Source: Dehalococcoidia bacterium
Lineage (GTDB): Bacteria > Chloroflexota > Dehalococcoidia > UBA2979
Direction of reading: 5' to 3'
DNA length: 64,000 nucleotides
Assembly (NCBI GenBank): GCA_965262725.1
Contig: OZ253555.1
Coordinates: 1,440,001-1,504,000 of the forward strand
The stretch's first letter is position 1. Every line of letters starts with the position of its first letter. Below the pieces are notes generated by a model. The model did no database searches, was not told the DNA's origin, and was given only the letters and a program-made list of their open reading frames with translations. The translations under genes and the position numbers were made by a program. This document shows, piece by piece, positions 57,725 to 64,000 of the stretch.

Positions 57725-58197
57725 TTTCTCCCTACAGGCCCTGCGTCCGCCGGTTCGCGATCGCGACCCGATGCAGGTTCAGCCGGGCCGCGCGGCCCGG
57801 GCGCTCTCGATAATCAGCATCGAGCGAGACACGTGCGCGCTCACCGAGGGCGTCACTGAGCAGGTTGGACCTCTCTTTCCAGTTGAAGGACTGAAGGCGC
57901 GCGCTCAGGCGGGACACTTCTTGCTCCGCCCACGCCTGAGCATGCCGCTCCAGCCAAGCGGGCCGATGCCGCGACTCGCGTGCTGCTGACTCTCCGGGGC
58001 GGTGTACGGGGGTGCCCGAACCGCCTGACGCGTCCCCGGCATGTGAATCGCCAGGATCTATAGACCAGCAAACGGCCAGATCGCCAGGGTCATTGATCCA
58101 CTTCGCCAGGGTCATTGAGCCACCCCTCCGGGGGGTCTGACCACTCGGGCCGCCGGTACGGCCACCATCGCCTGCATCCCCAGCGGAGGGAGCAGCG

Positions 58198-59778
58198 ATG
58201 GCCTACCGGGAGGTACACGGGGTGGAGATCCAGGAGATCATTCGACGCTGGCAGGCGGGGCTCAGCCAGCGCCGCATCGCCAGCGGGATGGGGTTGTCGC
58301 GTCAGACGGTCCGCCGCTACATCGACGCGGCCGAAGCGGCCGGCCTCACACCTGACGGTCCCGAGCCGAGTGAGGAGCAGCTCGCCGCGCTGGCGACGCT
58401 GAGCCTCTCCGGCCCGCGGCAGGTCGAGGCGCCGAGCGAAGAGCTGCTCTCGCCCTGGGCGGAGCAGATCGAGCGCTGGCTTGAGACCGACCGCCTGCAA
58501 CTGACGCGCATCCAGGAGCTCCTCGCCGGACGAGGCTGCGAGGTCTCCTACACCACGCTGCGGCGTTTCATCCGGCGCCGCGGCTGGCGCCACCGGCTGC
58601 CGTCGACCGTGCGCATGGACGACGGGCCGCCGGGCGAGGTGGCGGAGATGGACTTCGGCCGCCTCGGCTTCATCCGGGACCCCGAGAGCGGCCGCCGGCG
58701 CGCGGTGTGGGCGCTGGTCGTCGTCTGGCGCTACTCACGCCACTGCTTTGTGTGGCCCACCACCAGCCAGACGCTGGACGCTGTGATCGAGGGCCTGGAG
58801 GAGGCCTGGGCCTTCTTCGGGGGCGTGCCGCGCTACCTCGTCATCGATAACTTCCCGGCCGCCGTCGCCGGGGCCGACGCGCTGCACCCGCGCTTCACGC
58901 GGGGCTTCCTCGAGTACGCCCGCCACAGAGGCTTCATCACCGACCCCGCGCGCGTGCGTCATCCCCGCGACAAGCCGCGCGTCGAGCGCAGCATCCCCTA
59001 CGTGCGCGAGCGCCTCTTCAAGGGCGGCGACTTCCGGGACGTCGTCGACCTGCGCTCCGCCGCCCGCAGCTGGTGCCTGGAGGTGGCGGGACAGCGCATC
59101 CACGGCACGACCCGCCGCCGGCCGCTCGAGGTCTTCCGGGAGGAGGAGCTCCCTCTCCTCGCTCCCTGGGACGGCGAGCCCTACGAGGTCCCCGACTGGC
59201 GGACCGCCACGGTCCATCCCGACCACCACATCGCCTGCCAGTACGCGCTGTACTCGGTGCCGTCCACGGCCTGCCCGCCCCGCCAGAAGGTCGAGGTGCA
59301 GCTCGGCTCGAAGCTGGTGCGCATCTACCACCGCGGTCAGCTCATCAAGGTCCACCCGCGCCAGCGCCGGGGCGGCCGCGCCACCGACCCGAACGACTAC
59401 CCGGCCGAGCTCACCCCCTACACCAGGCGGGCGCCCGACTGGATACAGCGCCGCGCCGCCGAGCTGGGGGAGGCCGTGGGCGCCTACGCCGAGCGTCTCT
59501 TCGAGGGCTCCCTGCCCTGGGCGAAGCTCCGGCAGGGCCACAAGCTGCTGCGCCTCGCCGAGCGCTACTCCCCGGACCGCCTCGACGCCGCCTGCCGCCG
59601 CGCGCTCGAGGTCGACCTCATCGACGTGCGCCGCCTCGAGCGCATCCTCGTCCGCGCCCTCGACCAGGAGAGCACCCCAGACCAGCCCGAGCTGCCGCCT
59701 CCTCCGGGGCGCTTCGCCCGCTCGGGCTCCGTCTTCGCCCAGTCCCGCACGCAGACCCCGACAGGAGCACCACGATGA
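58198..59778 (+). CDS. istA: IS21 transposase
   Basis: N-terminal HTH, PGEVAEMDFG, FFGGVP..LVIDN, PRDKPRVER. Confidence 0.95.
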   Translation: MAYREVHGVEIQEIIRRWQAGLSQRRIASGMGLSRQTVRRYIDAAEAAGLTPDGPEPSEEQLAALATLSLSGPRQVEAPSEELLSPWAEQIERWLETDRLQLTRIQELLAGRGCEVSYTTLRRFIRRRGWRHRLPSTVRMDDGPPGEVAEMDFGRLGFIRDPESGRRRAVWALVVVWRYSRHCFVWPTTSQTLDAVIEGLEEAWAFFGGVPRYLVIDNFPAAVAGADALHPRFTRGFLEYARHRGFITDPARVRHPRDKPRVERSIPYVRERLFKGGDFRDVVDLRSAARSWCLEVAGQRIHGTTRRRPLEVFREEELPLLAPWDGEPYEVPDWRTATVHPDHHIACQYALYSVPSTACPPRQKVEVQLGSKLVRIYHRGQLIKVHPRQRRGGRATDPNDYPAELTPYTRRAPDWIQRRAAELGEAVGAYAERLFEGSLPWAKLRQGHKLLRLAERYSPDRLDAACRRALEVDLIDVRRLERILVRALDQESTPDQPELPPPPGRFARSGSVFAQSRTQTPTGAPR

Positions 59779-60548
59779 CCGCCACCACCTCAGACCTCCG
59801 CCCGCTGCTCAAGCGCCTCAAGCTCGGCCGTATGCTCGACACCCTGCCCGAGCGCATCGCCCTCGCGCGGCGCGACCACCTCGACTACGCGGACTTCCTG
59901 CAGATCCTGCTCGTCGACGAGGTGAGCCGCCGCGACCACGGGCGGTTGGAGCTGCGCCTGCGCCAGGCCGGCTTCGAGCAGCTCTGCCGCCTCGAGGACT
60001 TCGACTGGGCGGCCGCCATCCGGCTCGACCGCCGCCTGCTCGACGCCGCCTTCTCGCTGCACTTCCTCGATCGCCGCGAGCACGTCCTGCTCGTCGGCCC
60101 CGTCGGCGTCGGCAAGAGCTTCTTAGCCCAGGCGCTCGGCTACTCAGCCGTCCGCTCCGGACGCAGCGTCCGCTTCGCCCCGGCCGACCACTACTTCCGC
60201 GAGATGGCGCAGGCCCGCGTCGACCACTCGGCCGAGAAGGTCTTCCGAAGCTTCCTCGCGCCCGACCTGCTCATCCTCGACGACCTCGGGCTCCATCGCC
60301 TCAGCGCGCAGCAGTCCATCGACCTCTACGAGCTGGTCATCGGGCGCCACCGCAGCTCCAGCTTCGTCATCACCTCGAACCGCGCCGTGGAGGAATGGCT
60401 GGGTCTCTTCGACGACCCGATCCTCGGCAACAGCGCCCTCGACCGCCTCGCCAACGCCAGCTACCAGATCGTGATCGAGGGCGATAGCTACCGCCAGCGG
60501 CTCTCGCCGCACCGCGCCCTGCTCGAGGCGCAGACGGGAGGTGATTGA
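59775..60548 (+). CDS. istB: IS21 helper ATPase
   Basis: GPVGVGKS, LILDDLG, ITSNR, ALDRL, IEGDSYR. Confidence 0.95.
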   Translation: MTATTSDLRPLLKRLKLGRMLDTLPERIALARRDHLDYADFLQILLVDEVSRRDHGRLELRLRQAGFEQLCRLEDFDWAAAIRLDRRLLDAAFSLHFLDRREHVLLVGPVGVGKSFLAQALGYSAVRSGRSVRFAPADHYFREMAQARVDHSAEKVFRSFLAPDLLILDDLGLHRLSAQQSIDLYELVIGRHRSSSFVITSNRAVEEWLGLFDDPILGNSALDRLANASYQIVIEGDSYRQRLSPHRALLEAQTGGD

Positions 60549-60740
60549 CGCGCTAGACGCTCACTGATATCAAGCCGCCTACCGGCGTCCCGGGTGGTCT
60601 AATGACCGTGGCGACGCGTGGCTCAATGACCCTGGCGATCGACACGGCACTATGTTGGCACGTATAAATTCACATAGATTCACGTCTAATTCACTGACAG
60701 TAGGCCGACAACCGGTCAGAATCCCATCTCGTTACGGGCA

Positions 60741-61055
60741 GTGCGCTTGCACGGGGTGCTCGCCGGGTTTGCCCAGGGCGCTAGCTACGACGTGCAGGTA
60801 CGCGCAGTCGCGGACGTCGAGGGAGCCTGGTCCGGGAGCCGGACGGGAACGCCCGCCGAGCCCGGCGGCTCGACCGCGACGGCGGCGACCCTGGCGCTCG
60901 ACGCCCCGCTGGGGGGCATGATCGAGCCGGGAACGGACACCGACTACTTCAAGCTCGTGTTGAGCAGTGCGGCCACGATTCTGATCTGGACGTCAGGAGA
61001 CCTCGATACGGTGGGGGTATTGCTGGACAGCGGCGGCGCGGAGCTGGAGTCATGA
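60741..61055 (+). pseudogene. Fibronectin-III + PPC-like fragment of a surface protein
   Basis: YDVQVRAV...GAWS (FN3 end), then DTDYFKL...IWTSGDLDTVG. Confidence 0.6.
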
Positions 61056-61107
61056 CTAGCGCATCCCTATCTCACGAAGTCCATCGCAGTGCGAGCGGAT
61101 TGCCCAA

Positions 61108-63813
61108 GTGACGAGTCTGCTGCGGCTTCTCGATCCGAACGAGCCTGACTCGGCGGCGCGAGCTGCCGGGGCTGTCGCCGCCCTGCTCGACCGCCTGCCG
61201 TCACCACGCTCAATCGCCGAACTTCGTCTCGGGCCGGAGGACGTTGAGTGGCTGCGAGTGTGGGCGGGCGGGATGTCCGCTGCAGCGGCGAGGTGGAGCG
61301 GCGACCGGCGGCTCCTGGGCGACCTGGGGGCCGCGCGCCAGCAGGCGTTCGGGCTGGTCTTCCTCGCACTCGCGGCTGAGACGGCGCGGCGGGATGCGGC
61401 CGAGGGGCACGTGTGGGGCCCCGTCCGGCGCCGCGTATCCAGCGCGGCCGCCTCGATGCTCTTCAGTCAGGGGCAACCGAAGCAAGCGCTCAAGGACGCG
61501 CTGGAGTCCGCGTGCAGGCGCTGGCAGTTGCGGCATGTCTTTGGAGAGGAAGGCCTGCAAGCCTGGTACGCCTCGGTCTACCTTCAGTTCGGGTTCACGG
61601 AACGGACCATCGAGTCGCGACTGCCGGCGCGGCTTGCGAATGCCGAAGCGCTGCCCATAGCGGTTCACCACCTGCTCCACGACCGGAGACTGAAGTCCGA
61701 CTCGTTCGCGTCCCTCTGGAACACCCTTATCGGTGTGCGCCGTCGCAACGTATCGGACTTGAGAGCCCGCCAAGTGCTTGCGGGGAGCCCGTGGATTCTG
61801 CCGGAGTGGACTGACGCGCTCCTCGAGGCTGCCGTGGCGCGCATGGAGTTGACGCCGTCGGGCCTGTCCGATGAAGAGGTTGCGCCCTCGCTCTTCACCG
61901 TTCCGCGTCTGGAGTGGGTCGGTCAGCAACCGCGCTTCATCGCCGAACTGGTCAACCTTGCCGACGTCGCCGGCGAGTTGGAGCCGGGTGCCTACCGATT
62001 GCGGGCCGGCACGGTCAGCGTGGAGTTCACGATCGACGACCTCGGCACCCCTCACGGCCTGCGCCCGGTGGGACTTCCACTGTGGCCAGCCCGGCTCACC
62101 GCCACAGTTGAGCAGCACCACGGTGAGGACTCATGGGATCCCGTCGCTGGCGAAGAGATGGTCCTGTGGGAACCCTCCGACGAAGTCGCCGCCTTCCGCG
62201 ACGACGGGTTCCCGCTGGACGCCTGGAGCACCGCGCTGCACCCAAATCAGCCCTACACACTCGTGCTTGCACCGGGACTCGACGTCAAGCCCGTCCAAGA
62301 CCGTTGGGCGCATGCGGATGGATGCCTCGCGGTCCAGTTGCCGGCTGGCTGGGCGGAGGATACGGGCGTGTACCTCGATGGCGAGAGAATCTGGGATCCG
62401 CTCGTCACCGCCGATGGCCAGAAGACGCTTGCTGGGCTGTCTATGCCTCCCGCTGGCACGAGGCTGGGTGAAGCACCGAGGATTCAGTTGTTCGGCCTGT
62501 CGGAGCGGGTCACTGAAGTAAAGGCCGATCGGCGTGCAGTGGCCTTCGAGCAGCACGGGGGGAGCATCGAAGCGTTCCTTTCCCCCGGCGAGCACGCCGC
62601 CCGCCCCTCCGTGCTCGTCCGCACCAAAGACGCAAGCGGAGAGGTTAGGGCGGGGCGGATTCAGCTCACCTGGTTCGGGGCCCAGCACCTTCGCCCGTAC
62701 GGCTGGGCGCCGTTCCCGGTCGGTGTGATCGATGAGCGCGATCTCGGTCAGCGCATCCGCGCGTTCGCGCCGGAGTGGCGTGAGCCGACATTGCTGGTTG
62801 GCAACCGTCCGATCGGGCGGATCGGCAGCCGCGGTCGAGCACGGGGCTCGGTGGGAGCGTGGGGCGCGCCGCTTCTCATCGCCGATGGGCAGTTCAATCG
62901 CGAGCCCGACCGCCAACTGCTGCTGGCCGATGCCATCACGTCTCGCGGCGTCATCCTGGACATGAACGATGACGACTTCGGAGGCGCGGCCCTGGTCACC
63001 CTCCGGCAGCCCGTCAACCTCGGCGAGGTCAGAGTCTTCGGCATCGATCGCGGCGGCGCTGTCGACGACATCCGGCCCACCCCAACGGGTGAGCGGTCGT
63101 GGGTGATCGAGGTGCCTCCAGAGAACGCCCTGGCGATCGTCTACGGGGAGGAATGGATTGGGGGGTGGTGGTGGCGGCCCCCCGTACCGCCCCAGTCGGC
63201 CGAAGGTGCCGTTCACCTGATAAGGCTGCTGCGCGACGCGCGGGCTCCGCTGCTCTCGCGTGACTATGGCGGTTGGGCGCGGGGAGCGCTGCGCGCGCAC
63301 CCCGCCAGCGCGCTCGTCTGGCTCTTCAACCTCAGCGAAGCTGGAACGCTCTCCGCCGCGCCGCCGGAATCAGACGACTTCGCTCCAGTGGTTCGCGACC
63401 TGCTCGACGGATGGGAGCCGGACCACATATGCGTCGCTCACCTTGCCCGAACTCTGCGTGACTCAAGCGAGGAGTTCATCGAAGGGCTCGCCGACACTGC
63501 TCTGCGAGCGCCGGGCCCGACCGCACGCCTGCTCAGTTCAGTCTTCGAGGACTCGGGGCTCCGGCGGCGTGTCCGCGGAGCCCTCCTTGAGGCGCTTGGT
63601 TGGGGAGACGCATCGAGCGCCGGCGTGCTCAATGAGATCGGATGGCAGTTCGATGTGGACAGCGGGTTCCTTGAACGTCTCGGGCGGTTAGCGAACGATG
63701 GGTTGCGCGGGCAACCGATTCCCCGCGTGCAGCGGCAGAATCTGCTCGTGGCGATGAACCTGAGCGGCGACTTTCGGCGGTGGCTCGCCGGACGCCTGAT
63801 CTCGGAGGACTGA
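61108..63813 (+). CDS. Large hypothetical protein (901 aa), possible DruH-like defence partner
   Basis: Long open ORF; helical N-terminus (LAAETARR...VYLQFG) and beta-rich middle; 4 nt from the next gene. Confidence 0.55.
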   Translation: MTSLLRLLDPNEPDSAARAAGAVAALLDRLPSPRSIAELRLGPEDVEWLRVWAGGMSAAAARWSGDRRLLGDLGAARQQAFGLVFLALAAETARRDAAEGHVWGPVRRRVSSAAASMLFSQGQPKQALKDALESACRRWQLRHVFGEEGLQAWYASVYLQFGFTERTIESRLPARLANAEALPIAVHHLLHDRRLKSDSFASLWNTLIGVRRRNVSDLRARQVLAGSPWILPEWTDALLEAAVARMELTPSGLSDEEVAPSLFTVPRLEWVGQQPRFIAELVNLADVAGELEPGAYRLRAGTVSVEFTIDDLGTPHGLRPVGLPLWPARLTATVEQHHGEDSWDPVAGEEMVLWEPSDEVAAFRDDGFPLDAWSTALHPNQPYTLVLAPGLDVKPVQDRWAHADGCLAVQLPAGWAEDTGVYLDGERIWDPLVTADGQKTLAGLSMPPAGTRLGEAPRIQLFGLSERVTEVKADRRAVAFEQHGGSIEAFLSPGEHAARPSVLVRTKDASGEVRAGRIQLTWFGAQHLRPYGWAPFPVGVIDERDLGQRIRAFAPEWREPTLLVGNRPIGRIGSRGRARGSVGAWGAPLLIADGQFNREPDRQLLLADAITSRGVILDMNDDDFGGAALVTLRQPVNLGEVRVFGIDRGGAVDDIRPTPTGERSWVIEVPPENALAIVYGEEWIGGWWWRPPVPPQSAEGAVHLIRLLRDARAPLLSRDYGGWARGALRAHPASALVWLFNLSEAGTLSAAPPESDDFAPVVRDLLDGWEPDHICVAHLARTLRDSSEEFIEGLADTALRAPGPTARLLSSVFEDSGLRRRVRGALLEALGWGDASSAGVLNEIGWQFDVDSGFLERLGRLANDGLRGQPIPRVQRQNLLVAMNLSGDFRRWLAGRLISED

Positions 63814-63817
63814 CGTA

Positions 63818-64000
63818 GTGCCGGGGAAGCTGGACTCACTCGGGCTCGCGGAGTCGCTGCGGCGACGAATGGCCGACTTCGCGTCGGCGGACCTGTACGT
63901 GACGGACCCCGAGATTCAGCGCGCCGCCGGGGCCGTATGGGAGGACGAGGAGTCGGGGCTGGTTGGCGAACTGTGGGTCGAGGGGATCATGCCGCCAATG
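63818..64000 (+). CDS. 5' end of a probable large helicase (DruE/DUF1998-like), runs off window
   Basis: RBS GGAGG, GTG start, MPGKLDSLGLAESLRRRMADF...GLVGELWVEGIMP; no helicase motifs inside the window. Confidence 0.4.
   Translation, partial: MPGKLDSLGLAESLRRRMADFASADLYVTDPEIQRAAGAVWEDEESGLVGELWVEGIMPPM

Larger units (their letters stand above)
58042..60644 (+). mobile_element. Complete IS21 family element
   Basis: TG...CA ends with repeated CGCCAGGGTCATTGA motifs; CGGCA target duplication at 58037-58041 and 60645-60649. Confidence 0.95.

Overview
High-GC bacterial accessory region: a decaying defence island packed with nested mobile elements. The standout feature is a group II twintron. 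An ORF-less intron (11984-12845, minus strand) sits inside the reverse transcriptase gene of a sibling intron (11026-13961). Its EBS1/EBS2 are re-programmed to pair with that RT gene, and removing it restores a 452-aa RT in frame. The outer intron lies antisense inside a 181-bp internally deleted IS630, which abuts an IS5, an IS1380 remnant and a truncated nrdJ. Defence content includes AbiEi/AbiEii, an AAA ATPase + DUF4276-like pair, an MmeI-like type IIG R-M enzyme, a low-GC GNAT-PIN-PUA + ASCH pair, a NucS-like nuclease, a type I R-M operon with an embedded HEPN gene and an MNT domain fused to HsdS (split by IS5), a deleted McrBC, a KAP NTPase and a possible Druantia-like pair at the right edge. 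An integrative-element backbone (integrase, Xis, relaxase fragment, primase, Rad52-like, ArdC) is partly duplicated in inverted orientation. IS110, IS21 (one complete, two halves), IS256 and IS1202-like elements are also present. All family calls come from motif recognition by eye, not from database searches.
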